Source: Octopus vulgaris
Lineage: Eukaryota
NCBI GenBank assembly: GCA_951406725.2
Contig: OX597831.1
Coordinates: forward strand, 51,212,001-51,276,000
Direction: 5' to 3'
DNA: 64,000 nucleotides
Shown: positions 1 to 12,529 of the stretch, piece after piece
Numbering within the stretch: position 1 is the stretch's first letter
Layout of the letters: each line of letters begins with the position of its first letter
Notes under the pieces: model-generated
Seen by the model: only the letters and a program-made list of their open reading frames with translations
The model's database searches: none
What the model was told of the DNA's origin: nothing
Made by a program: the position numbers and the translations under genes

Positions 1-285
1 AAAAAAACAGACATAGAAATGAATGAATATATTCTTTTATTCTTTTACTTGTTTCAGTCATTTGACTGTGGCCATGGTGGAGCACCACTTTGAAGGGCTC
101 TAGTCAAACAAGTCGACCCTAGGACTTAATTTTTTTTTTAGCCTACTAGTTCTAGTACTTATTCTAGTGGTCTCTTTCACCAAACTGCTAAGTTACAGGG
201 ATGTAAACACACCAACACCAGTTGTCAAGCAATGATGGGGGACAAAGACAAAGACAGACACACATAGATGTATATATATATGCAA

Positions 286-1185
286 AAATTTTATAATTAT
301 ATACATAATTATAATAAGGGCTTGGCTTGTACCTCACCACACACTGAAAAATAAATGTCAAAAGACACTATTACCACCATAAATTCTTCGAGAATATTAC
401 CTATTGCCGTCATCGGTGCCAGTATTCCATAGCACTAATTCATGAGTGTCCATGAATATGTGAATGAGTCGCGACTTTGCTCAACCAATATTCATCCATA
501 CTCACAGAAATATACTGCAGAGTAGAATTCACATCTTTCTTTTATACCCACGTGTAGTTTGTCAAAATCAAGTCTGCAGTTAATACAGTTTTGATCAAGG
601 AGTAAATTTTTCAAATATTAATTATAATAACAAAGGGTAAAAATCATTAATGATTTTTGTAAAATTTACCTATGAGGTTTTTATAATTGAAATTTTATAA
701 TTACATACACAATAATAATTATTATATACATAATTATAATAAGCACCTCACCATACACTGATAAATAGATAGCAAAAGACACTATTACCACCAAAAATTC
801 TTCAAGAATAACACACCACATAAGAAAATTGAAAGAAAATGAATTAAAACTTTTCGTTAACAGTGTACAAGATCCTGTTTCCATCTAGGTAATATTTTTT
901 TTACTTTAAGCTGGAAACAGGATCTTGTACACGGTTAACCAAAAGTTTTAATTCATTTTCTTTCTTTTGCTAGCCTATTATGTGGTGTGTTATTCTTGGA
1001 GAATTTATGGTAGTAATAGTGTCTTTTGACGTCTATTTTTCAGTGCATAGTGAGGTACAAGCCAAGCCCTTATTATAATTATGTCTATAATTATAAAATC
1101 TTTATAAAATTTACCTATGAGGTTTTCATTTCTGCACTGACCACCTGGTAAAAATCATTAATGATTTTTACCCTTTATTAATATT

Positions 1186-1190
<5 letters not shown>
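286..1190. mobile_element. Fold-back (palindromic) element with duplicated arm, inserted in the microsatellite of a SINE
   Basis: About 680-885 is the reverse complement of about 912-1105; 286-395 is a further copy of the arm; GTAAAAATCATTAATGATTTT occurs at about 636 and 1148. Confidence 0.75.
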
Positions 1191-1241
<51 letters not shown>

Positions 1242-1956
1242 CACGCACACACATACACACACACAATGGGCTTCTTTCAGTTTCTGTCAACCAAATCCAC
1301 TCACAAGGCTTTGGTTGGCCAAAGGCTATAGTAGAAGACACTTGCCCAAGGTGCCAAGTGGTGAGACTGAACCCTAAACCATGTAGTTGGGAAGCAATCT
1401 TCCTACCACACAGCCATGCTTGTGGCTATAGCTTTTAATCTTTTACTTGCTTCAGCAATGCACTGTGGCCATGCTGGTCTGCCTTGAAGAAGATTTAGTC
1501 AAACAAATCAACCCCAGTACTTATTTACAAGGCTAGTACACATATATAATTATTGTCAACTACACACACACACACATATGTATTTATATATATATATTTA
1601 TATATATATACATATATACATAAACTAACTTCCACACATGCTTTAATGACTATTGAACTAATGACACAGAACAAATCTGATTACTTTGGCTAAACATTTC
1701 AAACAATATTCTCAGTCAAAGTAATTCTCAGAGGAGCATTGAAGATTATTAAACCGAGGTTCATAACCATTGGAGACATAGACATCAACAGTTTTAAATG
1801 GTAGAAGAAGACAGCTTATTGTAGTTTCAGTACTTTAAACAAATGCATACAACTTATGAAAGGCCAGCATAGCTGTGATTAAGAGGCTTACTTTGAAACC
1901 ACACGGTTTTAGGTTCAATTCAACCACATGGAAGAAATACCTTTATTTGTGTGCAT

Positions 1957-1991
<35 letters not shown>

Positions 1992-1997
1992 TATACC

Positions 1998-2229
1998 TAT
2001 TTCTTTATTACCCACAAGGGGCTAAACACAGAGCGGACAAACAAGGACAGACATAGGTATTAAGTCGATTACATCGACCCAAGTGCGTAACTGGTACTTA
2101 ATTTATCGACCCCGAAAGGATGAAAGGCAAAGTCGACCTCGGTGAAATTTGAACTCACAACGTAACGCAGACGAAATACTGCTGAGCATTTCGCCCGGCG
2201 TACTAACGTTTCTGCCAGCTCGCCGCCTT
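1998..2229 (-). mobile_element. tRNA-derived SINE family A (MetaSINE-like core GCCTTTCATCCTTTCGGGGTCGATAAA)
   Basis: About 235 bp with TSD gtgtgcttatacc. Other copies at about 12568-12801, 13803-14036, 17615-17697 (partial), 18872-19095, 20270-20478, 29989-30225, 30884-31448 (trimer), 38505-38719, 45196-45426, 55226-55427, 56455-56660. Confidence 0.9.
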
Positions 2230-2399
2230 ATGTGTGCTTATACCAATGTACAAACACACAAGGACACATACAGTCTACTGGGCTGACAAGCTAGGGGGAC
2301 TATAAGAAACAAGAGGGAACTGTTTGGGAAAATGCACATCAAGAAGAACACACTGACAACTGAGGATGTAGAATCACCAACAAGCTATAAAGTATCAAA

Positions 2400-2835
2400 A
2401 GAGAGTTGTCACTGTACTGGACTGCTTTAATACCACAAGAATACACAAGTGTAAGTTGCTGGTCATTGGTAAAAGTTTACAGCCCATGGCCTTTAAAGAT
2501 ATGAAACAGTTGTCTGTGATATATTGCATTGATGAAAAAAAATAAGGTGGATAACAACTGACATTAAACTGGATCAGTCTGAAAATTATTTGATTCCCCA
2601 AACAATAGCTCAATGTAACTGTCAGCCTGAACAAGAACTCTACGGTAATGCTTATTTTAAACAACTAGGCACAGGAGTGGCTGTGTGGTAAGTAGCTTGC
2701 TTACCAACCACGTGGTTCCAGGTTCAGTCCCACTGTGTGGCACTTTGGGCAAATGTCTTCTAGCTTTGGGCTGATTAAAGCCTTGTGAATGGATTTGCTA
2801 AACAGAAAATGAAAGAAGCCCGTCGTATATGTATA

Positions 2836-2892
<57 letters not shown>

Positions 2893-2954
2893 CTGTAAAA
2901 GTAATACGTGAGAATTATTCGGTAGCCATGATAAAACTCCGAGTTTTATCATGG

Positions 2955-3014
<60 letters not shown>

Positions 3015-3640
3015 ATATGTATGTACGTTTGTGCATCTGACTTTGTCCACCCACCATCGCTTGACAACCAACGCTGGTGTGTTTACATCTCCATAACTTA
3101 GTGGTTCGGCAAAAGAGACTGATAGAATAAGTGCTAGGCTTACAAAGAATAAGTTCTGGGGTTGATTTGTTCAACTAAAGGTGGTGTTCCAGCATGGCCA
3201 CAGTCAGATGACTAAAGCAAATGAAATAGTAAAAGAGTAACTGTTCTGTATATTCAGAAGCAGAACTCCTATTAAAAGTGCTTTTTGCATTTGCCTGCCA
3301 TTGAAATGCACCTCGTTAATCCAATCCCAGCTGAACAGCATGCTACATTCATTTAAGTGTAAAAATCACAACCATTTCGTGAGGTATTAACTAAGTGCAG
3401 TTAACTCTGGCAGACTGGTGTGAGTTTCTCATGGTGTTTAATGTAAAAGATACAGTTTACTGTGTTGCTAATGTCTGGAAATCTATAGAAGCATAGAAAA
3501 CTGGATGGCATAAACTGTAGCCCAGGACTGATGTTTGAATCTGCACCTGATGAAAGTATTAGAGATTCCTTTATAGGATTTAGAGTTTCAAAGGACAAAC
3601 AGAACGTTCATGATATGCTTTTTCCAAGCTCCGTATTATA
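2400..3640 (-). pseudogene. Candidate decayed class A peptide GPCR (sex-peptide/MIP/FMRFamide-receptor-like), TM3 end to helix 8, interrupted by a SINE
   Basis: One frame reads ERSVCPLK...SARVNCT*LIPHEMVVIFTL...EYTEQ and continues in frame after SINE removal as LFKISITVEFLF...NVSCYPPYFF, then (frameshift) INAIYHRQLFHIFKG. Many stops; match judged by eye. Confidence 0.45.
2667..3238 (+). mobile_element. tRNA-derived SINE family B (Nin/Deu-like domain GCCTTGTGAGTGGATTTGGTAGACGGAAACTG, central microsatellite, AGTAAAAG tail)
   Basis: tRNA-like head and 4-bp flanking repeat AACT. Other copies at about 33-1400, 4650-5070, 17972-18453, 19549-19912, 21275-21730, 31605-31998, 35365-35800, 46540-46893, 51775-52155, 53215-53352. 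Confidence 0.9.
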
Positions 3641-3654
3641 TAAAAAAAAAAGGG

Positions 3655-3987
3655 TAAAGACCCCCTTCAGACATGAATGACCATCAGATTACAACTACAA
3701 AGTTACCCTGTGAGGCACAATTCCGAGAAAGGCTGTTTATGGAAGACCACCAGTCGCCTATGCATACAAGCCTCCCCACTCCATGTTATCAATGTTATCC
3801 AAGGGAAAGGCAAAGGCTGATACAGCTTGGCACTAGTGACGTTGCAACTCATTTTACAGCCGAGTGAACTGGAGCAATGTGAAATAAGTGCCTTGCTCAA
3901 TAACACAACACACAGCCCAATCCAGGATTCAAACTCACTACCTCATGATTGTGAGCCTGGTGCTATAACCACTGAGCCATGTGCCTT
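3655..3987 (-). mobile_element. tRNA-derived SINE family C (CORE/V-like CTTGAGCAAGACACTT segment)
   Basis: Minus-strand tRNA head. Related copies at about 7260-7570, 11165-11570, 23490-23800, 39120-39340, 56740-56965. Confidence 0.8.
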
Positions 3988-4000
3988 CAGATTCCATATT

Positions 4001-4032
<32 letters not shown>

Positions 4033-4865
4033 CTTACATATAAGAAAACGCAATATGTGTTACATCAATCATGCTGGTAGAAGGAGGCTAAAATGGAGAG
4101 GGACTGGGTGATAGTCAGAGACACTAAATGCAGGTGGACTGTAGTAAAAGGTTTTCCTCTGGTATTTAAATCAAAATAAACTGCAAATTTTTATCATAAA
4201 CTATATTTAGCTTATCAGTTTCACATCCATATACACATATAAAAGTATATATATGAAATCATGTAATATATATATATATATATACACATATACATAATGT
4301 GGATATTTTCAACAAAGACATTAGAACCATAAATGATTCTTCAAGTACTTCAATTCTTTCTCTGAATATATTTATATTTACTCAATTGCTGACATTTAGC
4401 AACAGTTTCATGGTTTTAGAATGCCATTTTCTATTATTAACAAAACTGTCAGCATTGTTGATGATACTATGCTAGTGTGTGCGTGTGTATATATATATAT
4501 ATATATATGTATGACAAATATAAAATGCAAAATATAACAGGACATACACAATATTATTAGGATGTTTCTTAAGGAAGAATGGAAAAAATAAAAGTTATAA
4601 CATAACATTTTGGACATAATTCTTCTTCATATACCATAATATATATATACTCTTTACTCTTTTACTCTTTTACTTGTTTCAGTCATTTGACTGCGGCCAT
4701 GCTGGAGCACCGCCTTTAATCGAGCAACTCGACCCCGGGACTTATTCTTTGTAAGCCCAGAACTTATTCTATCGGTCTCTTTTGCCGAACCGCTAAGTGA
4801 CGGGTACGTAAACACACCAGCATCGGTTGTCATGCAATGCTAGGGGGACAAACACAGACACACAA

Positions 4866-4912
<47 letters not shown>

Positions 4913-6017
4913 TACGACAGGCTTCTTTCAGTTTCCATCTACCAAATCCACTCACAAGGCATTGGTCGGCTCAGGGCTATAGCAGAAGACACTTGCCCAA
5001 GATGCCATGCAGTGGGACTGAACCTGGAACCATGTGGCTGGTTAGCAAGCTACTTACCACACAGCCACTTTTGCTCCTATATATATATATAAAATACAGA
5101 ATGGGACAAGAACATAAAACATCCAGACAGTTAGGTGATACAAAAATGGGACAAAACATCCAGATAGACGATACAAAAAAAACAAGGACAGGTCATTCGA
5201 AGTTTTCTTTCCTCAGTCAAGTACCAGATTATCTTCGCAATTTCGGCTGATTATACTTGCATATATATATATATATATATATATGACTGAGTGGACAAAT
5301 GGAAGAAAGAGCACACAACACATTTATTGGGAGCTACATGTATTATTCAAAACAATTTGATTCAGATTCCCTGCTACCTCAGAGTCTTTCTTGTAAGGCT
5401 GGTAATAATCCAAATGACAGGAGAGGTGCAGGAAGTCCAAGATGGTTACTCATAATTGGGCTGCAATTGGTCAAGGAAAGTCATGTGATGTCATGGTTGA
5501 TAGTATTGCTAAATAGGCAACACCAGTTACATGGGTGAAAAGTGTTTCTGTGGCCGTGTGGTTGGACAGGAAATTGATGGTGACGGTGCACATGGGTAAG
5601 GGGTTCAATGGAGCTTGTGAGCTTATGAGCTTGTGTGCACATGGGCATGTACATATTTGAGTGGGTGAGTGTGTGTGTGTGTGTAAGTATGTGTGTGTAT
5701 GCATGTTTGTGTGTGTGTGTACATGTATATGAATGTGTGTATTTGTGCAGATGTGCAGGTATGTATATATGTGTATTCATGTGTGTGTGTGCATATGGAT
5801 ATGCATGTGTGTATGTGTGTGAGCACATGCATGTATATATGCATACTTGCATGGGTGCACATATACAAATAGTATGGATCTGTGGGTAGGCTGACATGGC
5901 TGGTGTGGTGCTTAAGCATACTGTGTCTGTATGTATAAGTAAGTGTGTGTGTGCACGTCCATGTGCATGTTAATGTGTGCGTGCACATGTGTACATATAA
6001 ACACACACACATATATG

Positions 6018-6054
<37 letters not shown>

Positions 6055-6204
6055 ATATATATACATATGTGCACCATGTACACCTGGATAAGAAGACAGT
6101 GTCAGAACTACCTTTCCCATGAGATGTGTCATATGGTGAAGTAAGACAGCAAATCAATGAGTGAGCCTCTATGCAATCACTCAACTTGCTAGCATAGCAA
6201 CAAA

Positions 6205-7252
6205 ATCTCCCTCAAATCACATTCCAGAGAGCTACTACCTTTGTTGGTAACAAAGGGCCTCTCCCTAAGTGTGAAAGGCAGATTGTATGATGCCTGTGTA
6301 CATCCGGCTATGCTACATGGAGTGAAACAGGAGCTATAACTACAGAGGACATGCAAAAGTTTGAAAGAAATGAAGCTAGGATGCCCCCACTGGATGGCTA
6401 ATGTCAGTGTGTATGTATGGCAAAGTGTAAATGATTTAAGAGAAAAAATGGGTATAAGAGGCATCAGGTGTAGTGTGCAAGAGAGAAGATTGTACTCTTA
6501 TGGTCATGTGATGCGTATGGATGAGGACAGCTGCATAAAGAAGTGGTGGTCTCTATCTGTGGAGGTTACCTGTGGAAGGGGTAGACCCAGGAAGACATGG
6601 GATGAAGTAGCAAGAAAGAATCTTCAGATGTTGAATCAGAGAGGATGACAAAGGAGCAAGATTCCTAGCAGTTTGCTGTGCTTGAGACAACATGTCAAGC
6701 TAAGTAAAACTGACCATCCCTACATACAGGTATGTTCTCTATGTACCTCTCTCAGCCAAGAGGCTCATGGATGCTAGTGTCACATAAAAAGCACTAATGC
6801 CAGAGCCACATAAAAGCACCCGTGCCAGCGACATAAAAGATCACACGTGCCAGGGCCACATAATTATGCCCATGCTGGTGCCATATAAAAGCACCTATGC
6901 TGGTGCCATGTAAAAGCACCTTTGCCAGTGTCACATAAAAGTGCCCATGCCAGAGTCACATAAAAGCACCCGTGCCAATGTCACATAAAGGGCACCCATA
7001 CCAGTGCCCCATGTACCAGTGCCTGTCCAGCGCCACATAAGAGTGGTCATGCTAATGCCATGTAAAAGTACCCGTGCTAGTGTCATTACACTCTGCAAAG
7101 TGGCTGGCATTAAGAAGAGCATCCAGACATAGAAACCATGTCACGATAGACAATTGGAACTTGGGCAGATCCCCAGTTGGCCAGTCCCTGTCACACCATC
7201 CAACCCACATAAGCATGGAAAGTAGACATTAAATGATGATAATGATGATGAA
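6205..7252 (+). mobile_element. RTE-clade LINE 3' fragment with tandem-repeat 3'UTR and (GAT)n tail
   Basis: RRLYSYGHVMRMDEDSCIKK...GRGRPRKTWDE C-terminus; about 22-bp GTGCCACATAAAAGCACC repeats at 6775-7085. Confidence 0.9.
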
Positions 7253-7621
7253 GATAGTCGGAGACCCCCTTTGGTCATGAATGACCATGGGTTTTCACAT
7301 AGAAAGTTCTCCTCCGAGGCACAAGTCCAGGCAAGATTGTTTATGAAAGACCAGCAGTCACCCATGCATACCAGCCTCCCCTCTCCACGCCACCGATGAT
7401 ATCCAAGGGAAAGGCAAAGGCCTATACAGCATGGCATCAGTGACATCGCAACTCCAGTGAACTGGAGCAACGTGAAATAAAATGTCTTGCTCAAGAACAC
7501 AACACGCAGCCCGGTCCGGGATTCGAACCCATGTTCGTAAGCTCGACACTCTAACCTCTGAGCCATGCGTTATCACAGCAATCTTCAATAAGATCTAATG
7601 AATTAATGATGAATAACAAAC

Positions 7622-7693
7622 CTTGCTTTTATTGGCATTTCTCAAACTTATGTCAAACAGTTCATCCAGAACATCTCCACAGCCAACTTTGCC
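7622..7693 (-). CDS. RUN-PDZ gene exon 11 (GKVGCGDVLDELFDISLRNANKSK)
   Basis: Acceptor tattttgacag|, donor AAG|gtttgt, 72 nt, PDZ GD motif. Confidence 0.9.
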
Positions 7694-7873
7694 CTGTCAA
7701 AATACATTAAAAAAAAACTTGAAAATAATTTGAAAGAAATTAATTTATTTTCATTTATGAATCTATATTGTTTATTAAGAGTGTGAGAAAATGTGCCTGT
7801 ATATATATGTGTGTATATACATACACATAAAATATATATGTATATATAAACATCAAACATCATTTTACATATA

Positions 7874-9096
7874 CAGGAGTTGGAAAAAATAATAGAAGCA
7901 CCTTAAAATTTCAAACAAATTTATTTTAATGTGGGGTAGGACAACCTTTGGTAGTAATTACAGCTTGAATTCTACACGGTATGGACTCATACAAAGTTTG
8001 AATTGTTTCCAATGGAATATTTGTCCATTCTTCAGCTAAAACAGTCTCCAGGTCTTGTAGTAATGATGGTGGTGGATATCGACTTCTTACTTGTTTTTCT
8101 AAAATTCACCATAAATGTTCAATAATATTGAGATCTGGGGACTGTGGTGGCCAGATAAGATGTTCAACTTTACTAGGACGTTTCTCGTGCCATTCAGTAA
8201 GAACTTTAGCTGTGTGAATTGGTGCATTATCATCCTGAAAGATTATGTTTCCCTCCAGAGACAGTTCCACAGCCATAGGATGAATTTGATCAGATAAAAT
8301 GCTTAAATAGTCTTGACTATTAATTCTGCCATGAAGGAAAACCATTGGGCCAGTGGATTTCCAAGATATAGCCCCCCAGATCATCACAGATCCTCCTCCA
8401 TATTTAACAGTTGGAAGAAGGCAGTCTGGGTCAAATGCTTCTTTTGGCTATCTCCACACGTTTACCTGGCAGCTGGTTGGAAATAAGGTAAAGGATGACT
8501 CATCCGAGAAAATAACATTCTTCCACTGCTCTAAGGACCAATACTGTAGGTTTTCACTCCACTCTAAACGCTTTGTGTTTTGCTGATTGCAGCCCTCTCG
8601 CCAAACAGTTTTTGTGGAAACTGGATTCTTGAAGAGGTTATTAATCTCTGCAGTAATCTTGGGAGCTGTACTTTTGTGATCCTTTCTAACAATTCACATA
8701 AGAGTCCGACGGTCCCTATCTGAAAGCTTTGGTTTTCTTCTGGAGTTTTGTTTCAATGAGGAGGTTTTACCCTCTTTCTCAAAGTCTGTCATTACTTTTG
8801 AAACAGTCCTTCTTGATACACCAAACATTTCAGCTGTTTTCATTACACTAACACCTGCCATACGAGCACCAATAATTTGATCTCTGAAAGTCCAATAGAT
8901 CTGTCATTTTACTGAATTTTAATTACCTTTTTCTGATGATACCTGAAAAGAAGAAGCAATTTTAACAAAACATATTAAGCAACAGTAATAATAAATCAAA
9001 AATCATAAAAATAAACAAGCTTTTGATGGTTTTATAGATATTTCAAAATTATGATGCTATGATACTAAGTGTTTCCATTATTTTGTCCAACCCCTG
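7874..9096 (-). mobile_element. Tc1-family DNA transposon, full-length but decayed (DD34E-type transposase about 8907-7926)
   Basis: About 30-bp TIRs CAGG(A/G)GTTGGA(A/C)AAAATAAT(A/G)GAA; TA on the left flank; HTH N-terminus, FSDES, QDDNAPIH and PPQSPDLNIIEHLW motifs; stops and frameshifts. Confidence 0.93.
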
Positions 9097-10149
9097 TGTG
9101 AGTGTGTGTGGGTGTGTATTCATCTCATTATGAATGTTGGTCAACCATGGCTCAGATATACAGACAAGCTGAAGAGTAACCTCCCAACTGTCAATATAGC
9201 TCACAACACCTTTGAGCATACAGCTTTGATGCAAACAAAATGGAGAGTGTCGTGTCAAAATGGTTTAAGAGAGTTCGTTTCAACCAGCATTAACAGGCTA
9301 AGAAGGGAAGTGGCTGCAAATATACTGTTTGCACTGACCTGTAATCCTCATACTTGCAACATCTGCAGCCTTCCTTGTAAATTGTTGGCAGAACTCAAAT
9401 GTCACATTCGATATAAGCATTACAACAGACAAAGAAAGCTCATCGTGTGTGTGTGTGCATGTGTGTATGTGTGTGTGTGTGTGTGTGTGCGTGCATGTCT
9501 GGGGTGTTTACAACCCAGTAACTTAGCAGTGCAATTCAGCAAAAGAGACCAAAGAACTAGGTTTAAAAAGCCCTGGCACGGCCACAGTCTGATGACTGAA
9601 ACAAGTAAAAGATAATGGACACACAAGAAATGTAGTGGGACCACAAGTGGGATAATAAAGAAAGTAGATTCCATAAGCAGCAGGAGCACTGGGCCATTAA
9701 GCACTAAAAACACTTGGAAAATAGAAAATCTCAAATGCTCAGATGGTTCTCTAGAAGTATTCTTTGAGAGATATTTGGCTGTAATTTCTAGCTGGTTATG
9801 TAACAGGAAAGAGGTTTCAATATTTGCATTTGTACAGGATGTCATAGATTTATTAGCGTTCTATAAATGCATAGTGAGAATGTAGAAGTTACAGATATGG
9901 TGAGTTTGTTTCTTTGGGTTTTTTTAGGATGTCAAATGTCTGCCGTCTTTTGGGGTTGGTTGAATATGACTAAGTTGACATGTTCTTATTGACGGAGGTT
10001 TTCAAGGTCTCTTCCCCAGAAAGATATACATACAAATATCAAAGTATTATATTGGAGATACATGTATGTAAGGTATGAATACATGAGATAAAGGGAGAGA
10101 GAAAGAGAAAGAGAGGCCTAAACGCATAAGAGAGAGAGAGAGAGAGAGA

Positions 10150-10255
10150 ATGCAGAAAAGAGAGAGGTGTGTAACAGAGTGTCACCTGCATTTGATAATG
10201 TACAGTTCAAAATGACAATATGCATGCCATTAATACAGTAATGAAAGAGAATGTA

Positions 10256-10290
<35 letters not shown>

Positions 10291-11050
10291 ACTGAGCTCT
10301 GAAGATATCAGAGTTGATAAACAGATCACAAAATACCATTGACATATGCTACAATGGAGCTAAAGATGAAGTTTTTAATACAAGCCATCAGAAATGGATA
10401 GAAGTAATAAACAGGTAGTTTTGCCTGGAGTTATGTAAATATCAGATTTAGATAAAAGCTTTGCTGCTGTCAAGGGACATAACTTTGCTTTCACCAACGT
10501 TTGTCAGGATAACAGGTCAGGCTCTGCTAAATTTTATTGATGATCACCAAAAGGGAAGAGAATTTGAAGTGATAAATCACGATAATTTATAACTGCCTCC
10601 ATTACCTTAGAGATTCTGAGGGAACTACAGAGGTATTTGGCAGGGTCAGAGAGCACATTCCTTTCTTTAGCATGGAACATATATTTGGATGTTTCCATTT
10701 CTCACCAAGAGGAAAGCATTAAGCTGTTTGATGAGGACAGAAACCAACTTAGGAACACACTGTTTGAAACACTTTGGAAATTGACTACATTATCAGTCTT
10801 AAGCAAAAGATAAATGTATCCACAAAATCCTAGTCGATGGTATGCATGATTGTAGCAAGGAAATGGATTAGAAATGACAAGTAGAAGACAGTGTTTAGTG
10901 TGTAAGTGTAAAGAGGAGTGAGGAGTAAGGGGTTGAGAAAATAGTAAATGTGGTTTGAGCAATGTACACATAGTTATCAGCATTGAGAATGAGAAGGAGT
11001 TGATGGAAGTATTCAACAAAGTTAAGTGAGAGCAAGAGACCATAATGTAA
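10150..11050 (-). mobile_element. Highly decayed L2/CR1-group LINE reverse-transcriptase remnant
   Basis: SDPAKY...ISKVMEAVINY, VNG...SVLS and AGDTLL (YADD-like) fragments in the expected order. Confidence 0.6.
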
Positions 11051-11232
11051 AACTACAGATAACAAGTGTGAGAGATTACTGGCCATAGCAATCAAATTTT
11101 TAGCCAACCAAGCCTTGTGAGTGGATTTGGTAGACAGAAACTAAAAGAAGCCAGTTGTGACTTAGAGGTGAGGGTATTCAGTTCATGATCATAAGGTCCT
11201 GAATTCAATTCCTGGTAATACGTTGGGTGATG

Positions 11233-11323
11233 GTAAAGAATACGCACACCACCCATTTTTGACGGTTAGGGTTAGGGTTACGTTTAGAGTTACGCCGAAA
11301 CAGGTGGTGTGGGTATTCTTTAC
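11233..11323. mobile_element. Tiny inverted-repeat element (MITE-like) containing TTAGGG repeats, nested in a SINE
   Basis: GTAAAGAATACGCACACCACC ... GGTGGTGTGGGTATTCTTTAC flanking GGTTAGGGTTAGGGTTA. Confidence 0.65.
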
Positions 11324-11853
11324 TTCTACTGTGTGCTGTATCCTTGAGCAAGACACTTTATTTCACATCACTCCAGTCCACTCAGCTGACAAAAATGGGT
11401 TGTAACTATATTTCAAAGGACCGAGCCTGCCTTGCCACATTCGGTGTCATGCTGAATCTCGCTGAGAACTACATCAAGAGTACACATGTCTGTAGAGTGC
11501 TCAGCCACTTGCACATTAAATTCACAAGCAGGCTGTTCCATTGATCAGATCAACTGGAAACCAACTGAGTGCCAGGGTAGGGATATATATACGCCACTGT
11601 ATCACTGTCAGTGAAATAAACAGGAGAGAGCTGGCACCCCATAGAACAGAGGTGGCAATGCTTAAGAACAAGGATGGGTTTGCAGTGACAAAGGGGAGAT
11701 GGAAGAGGCATCGTCATCATCATCATTTTGCGTCCACTTTCATGGGTAGGACAGTTTGACAGTAGCTGGCCAGGCAGAAGACTACACCAAATTTCTGTGT
11801 CTGTTTTAGCTTAGTTTTTACAGCTGGGAGCCCTGCTTAACACCAACCACCCA

Positions 11854-11902
<49 letters not shown>

Positions 11903-12529
11903 TTGGTGTTTCCTTGTCTTAACATCACACGATTATTGTAAACTAGTACAACCATCATAAAGACAGTGCCCTTCATTTCTAATCTTCCATGGAAACATGT
12001 CCAGCCATGAAGTAATTTTATCTTACTTGAAAACAGGTGAGCACTGAAAAATTTGTCTGAACAAATTCCATGCAAACATGGAAAAGTGGACATGAAAGAT
12101 GATGATGATAGGTGAATATGTCAAAGATGGTGATGCTAAGGAATTTCATCTAAATGTTGTAGGCTCTTGTTTTTATTTATAGACAGAATAGATTTGGGGA
12201 AATTTCTTGTAATTTTTCGGGTTGAATTTACCACCTTCGGTTCGGTGGTGTGATGACCTGCTAAGAAAAATAGTTACTGTCATTCACTTAACATTCTCAG
12301 ACAGGTTAAATGTGAAAACTTTGCAGAGGTTAAAGCAATCGACTGATTTTCCGCTTTCACATTCAGACTATTTTATCAAATGTAATGCTTATTTATTCTC
12401 ATTGTTTTCAAGAATCATGCATTATCTTGTAGCTTCAAGATTTTGATCATATGATTGTATATTTTTAGAATGGCATTGAAGGGTTGGTGTGATAGATGGG
12501 ATCTAGCTGATTTGATTGTAAAACTGTTA

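Noticed and set aside
5100-5262. Half hammerhead-like motif (CAGCCGAAATTGCG on the minus strand)
   Set aside because: The CTGANGA half is missing; at most a truncated Penelope-type fragment.
1-7621. Searched for exon 12 to complete the PDZ domain
   Set aside because: Candidate acceptors (about 4362, 3484, 2579) give early stops or no PDZ-like sequence in phase 0; the next exon probably lies outside the window.
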